This document shows positions 36,911-48,658 of a stretch of 64,000 bases of DNA, piece by piece; the first letter of the stretch is position 1; each line of letters opens with the position of its first letter. This DNA comes from an uncultured Chloroflexia bacterium (GTDB lineage: Bacteria; Chloroflexota; Limnocylindria; Limnocylindrales; CSP1-4), in contig CAWFXA010000003.1 of NCBI GenBank assembly GCA_963819655.1, forward strand, positions 544,001 through 608,000, written 5' to 3'. A program made the translations under genes and the position numbers. The notes under the pieces were generated by a model, which was given only the letters and a program-made list of their open reading frames with translations, did not search any database and was not told the DNA's origin.

Positions 36911-37597
36911 CTACGCTGCTACTCGTGCGCTGGCACGGTCGGACTGGTTCGCCGGCGCTGCCACGATCGACGGCTCGTTCTTTCGCCTGAACAGGACGAT
37001 GGAAGCCCCGGCCACCCACACGAGCAGCGGAACGATGTTCATGTAGGTCACGTCGACGACCAACGTGATCGCGATGAGGATCCCGAACGCGGCTAGCCAA
37101 CGCGGGAGGACACTCGTTCGGAGGATGACGATGGAGGTCGCGATCAGAAGGAGGATCCCCGCGAAACCGCCCCCGAGCAGGAGCAGCAGCGACCCCAGCT
37201 GCGGGAGGACCCGCACGACGTCGACGTCGCTCACGGGCGCACCCGATAACCCGACGGCGTAAGCGACGGCCGCGAGGGCCCCAGCGGAGACACTCCAGAC
37301 CGCGGTGAAGACAACGCCAGCACCGAAGACGATGCTCGAAAGCGTGCCCGGGTCACCCTCGGCTCGGCGGAGGACGGATCGCAGGCCCGCGACGAACCCC
37401 AGGAACGCGAGTCCACCGATCACCCACAGGTAGGCACCGATGATGTTGCGCGTGTGGGTCGCGCTATCGGCGAGGTAACCGGCGATCTCCTGAGCGGAGG
37501 CGTCGGCTTTCGGGACGTCGGCGATGAATGACGCGCCGGCGAGCATGAGCACGACGAAAACGATGCCGCTCAGGGCAGTCCAGCGATGGTTCAACAC
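36911..37597 (-). CDS. Multi-pass membrane protein (DUF4386-like)
   Basis: About six TM segments, LPRWLAAFG motif; AAGGAG RBS. Confidence 0.75.
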   Translation of the reverse strand: MLNHRWTALSGIVFVVLMLAGASFIADVPKADASAQEIAGYLADSATHTRNIIGAYLWVIGGLAFLGFVAGLRSVLRRAEGDPGTLSSIVFGAGVVFTAVWSVSAGALAAVAYAVGLSGAPVSDVDVVRVLPQLGSLLLLLGGGFAGILLLIATSIVILRTSVLPRWLAAFGILIAITLVVDVTYMNIVPLLVWVAGASIVLFRRKNEPSIVAAPANQSDRASARVAA

Positions 37598-37751
37598 GAT
37601 GCACTCCTTATGCGATCGATCTGAGGGCCACTGGATGCGTTGACGACTCAGCCGTACATCGAACTTCCTCCTCGAGCCAGGCGAGACAACAGGGTCTCCG
37701 CAGCCATCGGACCGGCTTCCAATTCGACAAGCGCCGGGACCTCGGGCTTGT

Positions 37752-38438
37752 TTATCGCGCGGCTTCCTTCGTCTGATGTGTCTCCGACCGCCACGGGAAC
37801 CGTCGGAGTTCCGTCGCGAGTGACAGGACGCCCGACTCGCCGTAGCGCTGCGCCCACGCGCGCATCAAGTCATCGCTGTCGATGAGGAACTCCCAGTCGC
37901 CCCTGACCGGACTTCGCACGAAGACGAACGGCACCGGCGACTCGAACGGTCTGAAGCTCGGGTTGTGGAGCGCGGGCACCTCGTTGCCCTCGTAGTACGG
38001 CCCGTATAGGACGCCGTCGTCCCGGTACGAACGAAGGGCCAGGTGCTGGAGGACGACCTCGAAGATGCTTCGGGCACGATCGGCCGGCAGGTCGCTGAAG
38101 ACGACTGCGATGACCTTCGGGTCGTCGTCGTCCGCGCCGACCGGCGGAGACGCCAGGAGCAGCCTCCGGTAGTCGTCCATGAGCTCGACGATGTCCGACG
38201 AGCTCCGATCGGCGACATGCTCGATCGCGAGCCACAGGGAGTTGCGCTCCAGTGTCAGCGGGACATACGGACAGACCGGTCCAGGACGACCCAACTCCGC
38301 GTGCGGTCCCACCACGAAGCTCCTGATCCAGTCCGCGATGGCCCGAAGAGCCCGGAGGTCGTCGTCGGCCAGGGTCTTCGTCCTGGAGGGGTCCTCGAGA
38401 TCCTTGAGCAGATAGAGATCGGTAGTCAGCAGTGCCAT
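37752..38438 (-). CDS. DUF6875-like protein
   Basis: PHAELGRPGPVCPY, ALHNPSFRPFESPVP. Confidence 0.75.
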   Translation of the reverse strand: MALLTTDLYLLKDLEDPSRTKTLADDDLRALRAIADWIRSFVVGPHAELGRPGPVCPYVPLTLERNSLWLAIEHVADRSSSDIVELMDDYRRLLLASPPVGADDDDPKVIAVVFSDLPADRARSIFEVVLQHLALRSYRDDGVLYGPYYEGNEVPALHNPSFRPFESPVPFVFVRSPVRGDWEFLIDSDDLMRAWAQRYGESGVLSLATELRRFPWRSETHQTKEAAR

Positions 38439-38467
38439 CGTTTCATCTCCCGATGCGAGCTGAGGAG

Positions 38468-38534
38468 ACGATGCGTCGCGCGCGCAGCTGTGGCACCCGT
38501 GACTGCCCCGGGTCCTTCACTGGTTTGACCCGGG
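38468..38534 (-). promoter_or_regulatory. Activator-dependent promoter with four 11-bp-phased hexamers
   Basis: Minus strand: CCCGGG-N5-CCAGTG-N5-CCCGGG-N5-CACGGG-TGCCA, then 17 nt, then CATCGT. Confidence 0.65.
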
Positions 38535-38585
38535 CGCGTACGATCATCGCCCGAGGCGCCATATGAGCCGACGAGGGAACTGCTC

Positions 38586-41337
38586 GTGCGGGCATGGGAC
38601 GAGGGACAACCGCGCCTAACCGATCGGCGCGCGGAGTGCGCGCAGCTCGATCAACTCATCGCGGGCGCGCGTGCCGGCAACAGTGGGGCCATCGTGGTTC
38701 GGGGTGAGCCAGGCGTCGGCAAGACGGCGTTGCTCGAGTACGTCGTGACTCGAGCGGCCGGATGCCGGGTCGCACGCGCGGCGGGCGTCGAGTCGGAGAT
38801 GGAGCTCGCCTTCGCCGGGCTGCAACAACTATGCGCGCCGCTCCTCGGCCATCTCGGCGATCTGCCGGCGCCGCAGCGGAACGCCCTCGGGACCGCCTTC
38901 GGTCTTCAAAGTGGTGACCCACCTGACCGTTTCATGGTGGGTCTCGCGGTGCTGAGCTTGCTGTCCGACGCCGCCACCGAGCAGCCCGTGGTCTGTTTCG
39001 TCGACGACGCACAGTGGCTGGATCGTGCCTCAGCCCAGGTCCTGGGGTTCGTCGCTCGGCGGCTCGCGGCCGAGTCCGTTGTGATCATCTTTGCTGGTCG
39101 CGATTCAGCCGATGGCGCCGACCTCGCTGGTCTATCGGAGTTGCGGGTCGCACCCCTCGCTGATTCGGACGCCCGCGCCGTGCTCGCCGAGGCGATACCG
39201 ATGAAGCTCGACCAGTCGGTGCGGGACAGAATCGTCGCCGAGGCGCGCGGCAATCCCCTAGCATTGCTGGAGCTGCCCAAGGCGTGGACGGCATCGGCCA
39301 TTGCCGGAGGCTTTGGCGTGCCTGATGGAGTGTCCGTTCGGGGCCGAGTCGAGGAAGGTTTCCGACGGCGGCTGACTCCTCTCCCGGACCGCACCAGGCA
39401 ACTTCTCCTTGTCGCGGCGGCGGAGCCGGTCGGCGATCCGGCCCTGGTGCGGGCTGCTGCGGAGCGTCTCGGGATTCCCGCGGATGCCGCGAGCCCGGCG
39501 ATCGCGGCCGGGCTGCTCGACATGGGAGCGCGGGTCAGGTTCCGGCATCCTCTCCTGCGGTCCGTGGTCTATGGCGAAGCCGCGGTCGGCGAACGCCGGC
39601 TGGCCCACGCGGCACTCGCCGAGGCGACCGACGCCGCGTCGGATCCGGATCGGCGGGCATGGCATCTCGCGGCAGCGGCCGGTGGTCCAGACGAAGAGGT
39701 CGCAGTTGAGCTCGAGCGTTCGGCCGGCCGCGCCCAGGCGCGCGGCGGCTTCGCGGCCGCAGCGGCGTTCCTTCGACGCGCGGTTGCTCTGACGGCGGAC
39801 CCGGCGCAGCGCTCGCATCGGGCGTTTGCGGCGGCGCAGTCAAGCCTCCAGGCGGGAGCCTTCGACGCGACGCTCGATCTGCTCGGCATGGCCGAGGCTG
39901 GACCGCTCGACGAGTTCCAGCGGGCGCTCACTGACCTCCTCCGAGGGCAAGTCGCGTTCAGCTCAGGCCTTGGCGCGGAGGCTCCGGCGCTCCTCCTAAG
40001 CGCAGCCCGGCGACTCGAGACGTTCGACCCGAATCTCGCCCGCGAGACCTATCTGACGGCGTGGGGTGGCGCGGTCGGCGCCGGGCACATCACGGGCAAC
40101 GCTCTCGTCCTCGAGATCTGCGCTGCGATCCGCGCCCTCACTCCACGACCGGAGGGGCCGGGCCCCATCGACCTCCTGCTCGACGGCCTGGCGCTCCTGA
40201 CAACCGAGGGGCACGCCGCCGCAACCACGACGTTGCGACTGGCGGCGATCAAGCTGGGCGACCTATCCGCTGGGGATGTCCTGCGTTGGGGCTGGGCGGC
40301 GGCCGGTGCGAGCAACGCGCTGTGGGACGAGGATGCGGCGCACGAGATCTCGGCGAAACACCTCCAGGTTGTGCGGGACGCCGGCGCGCTCGCGCAATTG
40401 CCGATCCAACTCTCGGCGTTGGCAGTCTCAGAAGCGTGGATGGGCCACTTCGCGGCCGCCGCTTCCCTGATCGCGGAGAGTGACGGCGTGGCGGCAGCGA
40501 TCGGAAGCCGTCTCGCCCCGTACGCCTTGCTCCGGCTACGAGCGCTCCAGGGCCGTGAGGAGCCTGCATCGCCGCTTTCATCGACGAGCCTTATCGAGGC
40601 AACGCCAGCCGCACGCACACTGGGCCGCCGCGGTCCTGAACAATGGCATGGGCCGCTACGAAGCGGCGGTATCGTCGGCCCGTATCGTGGCGGCGAGCAC
40701 GTACGACCCCTGGGTTTCGATGTGGGCACTCCCGGAGCTCGTCGAAGCAGCCGCCCGCAGCGGCGACTTCGACCTGGCACGTGATGCCCTGGAGCGACTC
40801 GCCGACACGACGCGGCCCGCCGGCAACGACCTCGCCCTTGGCATCGAAGCTCGCAGTCGGGCGCTCGTCAATGATCGCGCGACGGGTTTGGCCCTCTACC
40901 GCGAAGCAATCGATCGTTTGAGCCGGACGCAGGTCCGAACGGAGCTCGCACGAGCGTATCTCCTTTATGGGGAGTGGCTGCGCCGCGAGGGCCGGCGGGT
41001 CGACGCCCGTGAGCAGCTGCTGACCGCCCACGAGATGTTCGCCTCGATCGGCATGGAGGCATTCGCCGAGCGCGCTCGCCGGGAGCTGCTGGCAACCGGC
41101 GAACGCGTTCGCAAGCGCTCCGTGGAGACGCTCGACGAGCTGACGCCCCAGGAGCTGCAGATCGCGCGGCTCGCCGCCGACGGGCGGACCAACCAGGAGA
41201 TCGGGGCTGAGTTGTTCCTGAGCTCGCGCACCGTCGAGTGGCACCTCCGGAAGGTATTCGCCAAGATCGGTGTGGGCTCTCGCCGGGAGCTGCGGACCGC
41301 GCTCCCGAAGGCGGACCGGACGGCCGTCGGGGTCTAG
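38586..41337 (+). CDS. Large ATP-binding LuxR (AAA-LuxR / LAL) regulator 1; indels near 40575-40610
   Basis: GEPGVGKT, VDDAQWLD, GNPLALLEL, FRHPLLRS; C-terminal LTPQELQIARLAADG.TNQEIGAELFLSSRTVEWHL HTH in a second frame. Confidence 0.9.
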
Positions 41338-41415
41338 CCCGGGTCGGCTGGGGCTACGCGGCCCGCGAACCAGTGATCGTGACGGGCGCGAAGGTACGTT
41401 GGGCCGGATGAACCT
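41338..41415 (+). promoter_or_regulatory. Promoter with phased hexamer sites upstream of the VOC gene
   Basis: CCCGGG 41338, CCAGTG 41370, GACGGG-CGCGA 41381, then 18 nt, then GAACCT. Confidence 0.5.
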
Positions 41416-41461
41416 ACTCGGGAGCACCAGGAGGGACCTGGCGCTGCGAGTGGGAGTTGCC

Positions 41462-41909
41462 GTGTTGGACAGGAAGCTCGCTGTCGTCGTGATCCCGGTT
41501 GTGGATGTCGATCGCGCGAAGGAGTTCTACGCAGCGATCGGCTTCCGTGAAGACTTCGACGTTTCGTCGGGCGAGGACTTTCGCGTCGTACGGTTCACGC
41601 CTCCAGGATCCACCGCCTCGATCATCTTCGGCCGGGGCATCACCGCCGCCATACCGGGCTCGGTCGAGGGACTCGTGCTCGCGGTCCGCGACGTGTCGAT
41701 CGCCCGTGCCGACTTGATGGACCGCGGCGTCGACGTAACGGACGCGTTCCACGACCTCGGCGGCGTCTTCTGACCACCGGGATCCGACGTTCGAGATCCC
41801 CGGCCCGGACCCGGCGCGACGCGACCACCGGACCTTCGCGCGGTTTGTGGACCCGGATGGCAACGAGTGGGTCCTCCAGGAAGTTCGGGAGCGCGAACCC
41901 GATACGTGA
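41462..41909 (+). CDS. VOC/glyoxalase family protein (1-nt insertion near 41772)
   Basis: VVVIPVVDVDRAKEFY, FTPPGSTASIIFG; continues after the frameshift to FVDPDGNEWVLQE. Confidence 0.85.
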
Positions 41910-41951
41910 CGGTCGCGACTGGGAATGGGAACCGGCGGCAGCGCGAGCCGA

Positions 41952-42019
41952 CCAGTGGCGACCCCGGGGGTTTCCAGTCGGACCGCCGGGCGCAAGGCAC
42001 AGCGCCGCCACCCGACGCT
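41952..42019 (+). promoter_or_regulatory. Promoter with four 11-bp-phased hexamers
   Basis: CCAGTG 41952, CCCGGG 41963, CCAGTC 41974, GCCGGG-CGCAA 41985, then 18 nt, then GACGCT. Confidence 0.6.
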
Positions 42020-42066
42020 GGTGGACGCCGACCACCTCCGGTCGGGTGATCACCAAGGAGATTGCG

Positions 42067-43182
42067 ATGAGCATCGCATCCAACCGGTCCGCTAGCGTTC
42101 GGCAGCGGAGATCCGGAATCGTCCCGCGCGCGGAAGGGGTTCTCCCGACGCACGCTCCTCGCCAGTGCCGCGGCAACCGCCATCGCGGCTTCCGCGCTCG
42201 GCGGATTGACAGTGCTCGGCGCCACTGCAACTGGTGCCGCAGGACAGTCGGTTCCTAGCGGGCCCGGCTCGGTGAGCGGAGCGCCGAATCTTCCGCCGGG
42301 TTTCAGCGACACCTTCACCAGCCGCTACGTGAACGCCGGTGGGATGCGCCAGCACGTGGTCACCGGCGGCGACGGGCCGCCGTTGCTGCTCGTTCACGGC
42401 TGGCCGCAGACGTGGTACGCGTGGCGGCGCGTGATGCCGGAGCTGGCGCAGCACTTCACGGTCATCGCCGTCGACCAGCGAGGCATCGGGTTGACCGAGA
42501 AGCCGCAAGACGGCTATGACGGCGCGACACTCGCCAACGATCTGGCCGCGCTGATGAGCGCGCTCGGCCACGAGCGGTTCTCGGTGTACGGGACCGACGT
42601 CGGGATGCCGATCGCCTATGCACTGGCCGCGGACCATCGCTACACGCGTCGACAAGCTGGTCGTCTCAGAGGCGTTCATCCCCGGCGTGACACCGTCACC
42701 GCCCTTGTTCCAGCCGGCGGCCGTTCCAGCCGCCACTGCTCAAGTGCTCAACGCCCGGCTCTGGCACCTGATGTTCAACCAGCTACCCGCCGAGGTCAGC
42801 GAGGCTCTCGTGCGCGGCCGCGAGGACATCTTCTTCGGCGCCGAGTTCGACGCGTCCGCAGGTTCGACAAAGCTGCCCGCGGCGACGGTCGAGTACTACG
42901 TCAAGCTGCTCAAGAACGATCGCGATACGCTGCGCGGAAGCTTCTCGTTCTACCGGGCGCTGAGCGACGACAGAGGACCAGAACAGGGTGCGGGACGATA
43001 CACCCGCCTGCAGCTTCCCGTCCTGGCGATCGGCGGCGCGGAAAGCGCCGGGCCGTTCATGCGGCCCGATCATGCTGCAAGTCGCAGACAACGTTCAGGG
43101 CATGGTCGTTCCGGGCGGCCACTGGGTTGCCGAGGAGGCTCCCGACGCGATCGTCGAGGCGCTGATCGCGTTCCTGACGTGA
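42067..43182 (+). CDS. Tat-exported alpha/beta hydrolase (several frameshifts)
   Basis: FSRRTLL twin-arginine signal, HGWPQTWYAWR, GTDVG, GGHWVAEEAP spread over several frames; AAGGAG RBS. Confidence 0.8.
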
Positions 43183-43214
43183 TTACCGACGTCACCGGCT
43201 AGGTTCCAGAGGGC

Positions 43215-43240
43215 CGGCGGACGCCACCCGGCGTCCGCCG
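43215..43240. terminator. GC hairpin after the hydrolase gene
   Basis: CGGCGGACGCC-ACCC-GGCGTCCGCCG perfect 11-bp stem; no U-tract. Confidence 0.5.
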
Positions 43241-43341
43241 TCACCATGCTCCGGCGGATTTCGTCGATGCACGCGTCCGGCTGAGGAGTAGAGTCGGGAC
43301 TTCGAAGGGGCGACAGAGGGACGATCGTGCCGCCGGTGATC

Positions 43342-46096
43342 ATGTCCGAACCCCGACTCTGGAATAGGCTCACGGAGCGCGAGGAGCTTGATCGGCGTCT
43401 CGGAGCGGTGCGCAGCGGCATGAGCGGCGCGCTCGTGATCCGTGGTGAGGCCGGGATCGGCAAGACGGCTCTTTTGGAGTACGTCTCGGCACGCTCCAAG
43501 GGATGCCGAGTCGCACGAGCCGCAGGCATCGAGGCGGAGATGGAGCTCCCGTTCGCCGGCCTGCATCAGCTCTGCGCGCCGCATTCTAAGTCGACTCGAT
43601 CGTCTGCCGGCTCCACAGCGCGATGCGCTCGGCGTCGCCTTCGGTCTCGATTCCGGCGAGCCACCCGATCGATTTATGGTCGGACTTGCGGTGCTAAGCC
43701 TGCTGTCGGAGGCCGCCGAGACGCAGCCTCTCGTGTGTCTCGTCGACGACGCCCAATGGCTGGATCAAGCCTCGGCCCAGATCCTGGCGTTCGTCGCGCG
43801 ACGCCTGGCCGCCGAGTCGGTCCTGCTCGTCTTAGCCGTTAGGGAGCCCGGCGGGTTTGCAGACACGGTCAGTCTCCCGGAGTTGTTGGTTGGCCCATTG
43901 AACGATCCTGACGCTCGCTCCCTTCTTGACTCGGCAGTCATCGGTAGGGCCGACGAATTGGTGCTCGATCGAATCGTCGCGGAGGCGCGCGGCAACCCAC
44001 TGGCGTTGCTCGAACTGCCGCGTTCGTGGAGTCCTGCCGCGTTCGCGGGCGGCTTCGGCCTGGCCGATGACGCATCGGTCTCACGCCTCATCGAGGAGAC
44101 CTTCCTCAGGCGTCTAAGTCCACTGCCAGACGACAGCAGGCAGTTGCTGTTGGTGGCGGCGGCGGAGCCCGTTGGCGATCCGGTGTTGTTCATGAGAGCC
44201 GCTGAGCGGCTCGGCATCCCGCCCGAGGCGATCGGGCCCGTGACCGCCACCGGCCTGCTGGATGTCGGAAACCAGCTTCGGTTCCGCCACCCGCTGGTCC
44301 GCTCCGTTGTGTACAGGGAAGCCTCTCTCGATGACCGGCGCACCGTCCATCGGGCGTTGGCCGCGGAGATTGACCCGCTGCTGGATCCAGACCGCCGAGT
44401 CTGGCACCTCGCGCACGCGACAGCCGGTCCTGACGAGAGTGTCGCGCAGGACCTGGAGCAGTCGGCCGCGCGGGCACAGGCACGGGGTGGGCTGGCGGCA
44501 GCCGCCGCGTTCCTCCAGCGAGCTGTCGCTCTGACTCACGACCCAGCTCGCCGCACCGAACGCACGCTCGCCGCGGCGCAAGCGAGCCTGCAGGCGGGCG
44601 AGTTCGACATCGCTCTTGAATTGGCGACCACGGTCGAGATGGCGTCACTCGATCAGTTCCAGCACGCCCGTTTGGACCTTCTCCACGCACAGGCAGCCTA
44701 CGCACAGGACCGAGGGAGTGAAGCCCCACCGCTTCTCGTTCGGGCCGCAAGGACGCTCGCGCAGCTCGACCCCACCATGTCGCGGGACACGTACCTCGAG
44801 GCCTGGGGCGCGGCGCTGTTCGCCGGCCGACTTGCAAGCGGCGGAGGCTTGTCGGGGGTGTCACACGCGGCACAGGCGGCCCCCGCCTCGCCGAATCCGC
44901 CCCGCGCGGCTGACCTGCTGCTGGACGGGTTGTCGTTGATCTTCACCGAGGGGCGCGCTGCCGCAACGCCTGTGATCCAACGCGCGATCACGGACTTCGC
45001 GGCCGATGACGTCCCTGTCGAGCAGGTCTTGCGTTGGGGTTGGCTCGCCACCGCGGCGGCGGTCTACGTCTGGGATTTCGATAGCTGTCTTGCGATCGCA
45101 TCTCGCGGGGTCGAGTACGGCCGCCGTTCAGGCGCGCTCGAAGTACTCGTGGTCAGCGTCAACGTGCTGGGCCAGGCCGTTGCCCTTTCCGGCGATTTCA
45201 GCCAGGCCGAGAAGCTGATCGCCGAAGCCAATGCGATCAGGGACGCCACCGGGACCCGCGTGGGTCCATATGGGGCACTGGTGCTGTCTGCCCTCCGCGG
45301 CAACGAGGCCCAGGCCGCGCCACTGATCGACGGCAGCATCCGGGATGCGTCGGCCGGCGGTCAGGGCACGGCCGTGCAGTACGCGAACTGGGCCAACGCG
45401 GTCCTCATGAACGGACTCGGCCGCTATGACGAGGCGATCCGAGCGGCCACCGCCGCGAGCGACGACACGCCGGAGCTCTTCGTGGCGACGTGGGCCCTCA
45501 GCGAGCTGATCGAGGCCGCCAGCAGGACGCATGACGCGGTAGTCGCGTCGCGAGGGTTGGAACGGCTGGCCGATCACGTTCGTGGCAGCACGTCGGAGTG
45601 GGCGCTCGGCATGGGAGCGCGCGGCCAGGCCCTACTCGCCGATAGCGATGGAGCTGAGCGACTCTACCGCCAAGCCATCGATCACTTGAGCCGAACGCGG
45701 CTACGTGCCGAGCTTGCGCGCGCCCATCTGCTGTATGGGGAGTGGCTCCGACGCGACCGCCGGCGCACGGACGCCCGTGAGCAGCTGCGAACTGCGCATG
45801 ACCACTTCGCCGACATCGGGATGGAGGCGTTCGCCGAGCGGGCTCGGCGGGAGCTAGTGGCAACAGGCGAGACGGTGCGCAGGCGCTCATTTGAGGTGCT
45901 CACCGAACTCACGGCGCAGGAGTTACAGATCGCCCACCTCGCCGGAGACGGGCAGACAAATCAGGAGATCGGCGCGCACTTGTTCCTCAGCCCGCGGACG
46001 GTCGAGTGGCATCTCAGCAGCGTGTTCTCCAAGCTCGGAGTCTCGTCGCGCAAACAACTACGAACGGCGGTGCCTTCGACGCCGCGGCACGCATGA
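43342..46096 (+). CDS. Large ATP-binding LuxR (AAA-LuxR / LAL) regulator 2; frameshift near 43585
   Basis: GEAGIGKT in the first frame; VDDAQWLD, GNPLALLEL and LTAQELQIA...LSPRTVEWHL in the second. Confidence 0.9.
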
Positions 46097-46108
46097 ACAA
46101 CGGCCGGC

Positions 46109-47621
46109 TTAGCGCCCGAGCAATTGGTCGACCGGCGCGAAGTCGTCCGTGAGTGCCTCCGACCGACCGATGAACGTCGTCATCTCGTCGGGCGCCGAGA
46201 GAATCGCCGTCGTTGCCCCCTCCCCCCAGGTCGGCGATGGCGGCCTCAACGCCTGCCCTGTCGAGCGGCGCATCGCTCGCGACGAGCACGACGTTGCCGC
46301 CCCCCTCACCCGCGATCGTCTCGCGGCTGGCGATGACCGCCACCTGGGAGAACCTGGTCGCGGCCGTCGCTGTCTCCGCCCGGACGAAGCGCAGCGGCGG
46401 GTAGTCGATGAGGTTCACGACGTAGGCGCCGCCCGGCCGTAGCACACGCGTCACCTCGTCGAGGAACTCGGTCGTCGTGAGGTGCCACGGCACGGCCAAC
46501 CCGCCGAAGGCGTCGCCGATGACGATGTCGAACGCATCCGACGGGAGCGCGCGGATGGACTGTCGCGCGTCGCCCAGGCGCACGTCGATTGCGTCGCTCG
46601 GCACGTATCCCAGGTCCGACTGCGCGATCTCGTAGATCCGGGGATCGAGCTCCAGGACGGTCTGCCGGGCGTCGGGATGCATAGCCTCGATGTAGCGCGG
46701 GAACGTGAACCCTCCCCCGCCGATGTGCAGGACATCGGGGGATGTTCCGAGCCCGGCGCGGAGCGGCGCCGTGGCGTCGGCGAACCGGCGCACGTAGCCG
46801 AACTCGAGGTTGGTGGGGTCACCCAGGTCGACGGCGGCGTGCGTGAGACGGTCGAGCACGAGGACCTTGACGTCCGAGTCGGCGGGGTCGCTGCGGATGG
46901 CGATGCAGTAGTAGGCGCTCTCGGTGTCGCACGGGGACGGCTGGGCCACGGCGAACCCGCCAGTAAGCAGGACGGCCGCGATCGCCACCGAGGCCGGTCC
47001 CCTCCCACCTCGACGCAGCCACAGGCTCAGGACCACCCCGATCACCGCCAGCCCGACACCGATCGAGACGATCAGGACACGTGTCGGGAACAGTCCGAGC
47101 AGCACGAAGCCCGTCAGGAAGGTGCCCGTGATCGCACCGACCGTCCCGACGGCCGACAGCCGGCCCACGATCGAGCCACTCGTGGCGAGGTCAGTCAGCG
47201 TGCCGCGGACGAGCATCGGTGCCGTGGCCGAGAGGATGGCGGCCGGCACGACGAACGCGGTCGTCGCAAGGATCACGATCCCGACGAGCCCCTCCCCCAC
47301 GCCGATGCCACCGATCACCCCGACGATCGGGACCGAGGCGATGGCGCTGATGCCACCGAGGATGAAGGCGGGGCCAAGGAGCGGGAGCGGACCGATGGCG
47401 TCCGCCGCCCGCCCGCCGATCCAGGCGCCGAGGGCGATGCCGGCCAGGATCGCGCCGATGATCCCCGTGTAGGTCGTGAGCGAGACGCCCACGTACGGCG
47501 CGAGGAGCCGTCCGGCAGCGATCTCGAGAACGAGCACGCTCGCCGTCGCGACGAACGTCAGGACGGCGGCGACGAGCGGCGGCAGCGGTGGAGCCCGGCG
47601 CGCGCCGTCGCTATCGTCCAT
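46109..47621 (-). CDS. Fused membrane domain / spermidine synthase-like methyltransferase; frameshift near 46220
   Basis: LVLEIAAGRLLAPYVGVS, LHIGGGG, ELDP, GDAR, GDAF, PWHLTT.EF; conserved LTDDFAPVDQLL end in an alternative frame. Confidence 0.88.
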
Positions 47622-47665
47622 GTCGGAATGGTAGAGGCGACACCCGATGTGCAGAATCAGCCACC

Positions 47666-48094
47666 GTGGCCCACTACACGATCTCCACCCACGTCGCAGC
47701 ACCGCCCGAGCACGTCTTCGCGCTCTGGACGAACGTCGAGCGCATGGGCGAGTGGGTCGGTGGGGTGACGGGCGTGAGCGACGTGTCCGGACCGATCGAT
47801 CGTGTCGGGACGACGTACGTCGTTCACTTCGGTCCGGTCAGGAGCCCGACCGAGGTCTTGGACGCCGATCCGCCGCGACGCTTCGCGACGCGCTTCGGCA
47901 GCTGGGTGCTTCGGGGCGTGTCGAGCGCGACGTTCGCGCCCGAGGGCGACGGGACGCGCGTCACCCAGGAGTTCGAGACGGTCGGCCGGATCTCGGCGAT
48001 CTCGTCATGGGTGTTCTCGCGCGGCTCCTACGAAGGCAGCTTCCGCGGTGAGCTCGAGAAGTTCGCGCGCCTGGCGGAGCGAGAGGCGCGCTAG
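47666..48094 (+). CDS. SRPBCC (polyketide cyclase-like) family protein
   Basis: HVAAPPEHVFALWTNVERMGEW, PEGDGTRVT, ELEKFARLAE. Confidence 0.85.
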   Translation: MAHYTISTHVAAPPEHVFALWTNVERMGEWVGGVTGVSDVSGPIDRVGTTYVVHFGPVRSPTEVLDADPPRRFATRFGSWVLRGVSSATFAPEGDGTRVTQEFETVGRISAISSWVFSRGSYEGSFRGELEKFARLAEREAR

Positions 48095-48591
48095 CCCCCA
48101 AGAGCAGCGTCTGGTGCGGCCGGTGGCAGGTCCGGTCGAGGCTCGAAGACGACCAGGGCTGTCCCGCGCGGTCGACGTGTCGCGTATGCATCGAGCTTCG
48201 ACTCGACCCGCGCCATGGCGGCCCACAGGCGGTCGCGCTCTGCGCCGGTCGCCTCATGTGCACGAAACCGGCGCGGACCGTCGCGCAGGTCGATCGTCAC
48301 ATCGGGATCCGCCTGCAGGTTGAGCCACCACGCTGGTTCCGGCTCGCCCCACCCGTTCATCGCGAGCGTGTACAGGTTCGGGCCGTCCTCGTGGTAGCCG
48401 AGGATCGCCATGCGGGGCTTGCCGCTGCGCCGGCCGATCGTGTGGAGGCCCATCGTCCCGTACGTCTTCTCGGTCGGCGGTCCGAGGCCTCGTCGGCCTC
48501 CGCTGAGCCGGTAGATCGCACGGTGAGCGGCCCAGAAGGCCCGGATGACCCAGCGCGGCGGAAGGAATGGCTTCGCCGGTGTCTGCGACAT
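48091..48591 (-). CDS. Deazaflavin (F420)-dependent nitroreductase family protein (Ddn-like)
   Basis: LHTIGRRSGKPR, PAWWLNLQADP, ERDRLW. Confidence 0.9.
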   Translation of the reverse strand: MSQTPAKPFLPPRWVIRAFWAAHRAIYRLSGGRRGLGPPTEKTYGTMGLHTIGRRSGKPRMAILGYHEDGPNLYTLAMNGWGEPEPAWWLNLQADPDVTIDLRDGPRRFRAHEATGAERDRLWAAMARVESKLDAYATRRPRGTALVVFEPRPDLPPAAPDAALGG

Positions 48592-48658
48592 GTGGGTCAC
48601 GATACCCCCGCGCCGCGGTTCCCGGGAACGCGACGCGCGGCACGGGCGTATACATGTC

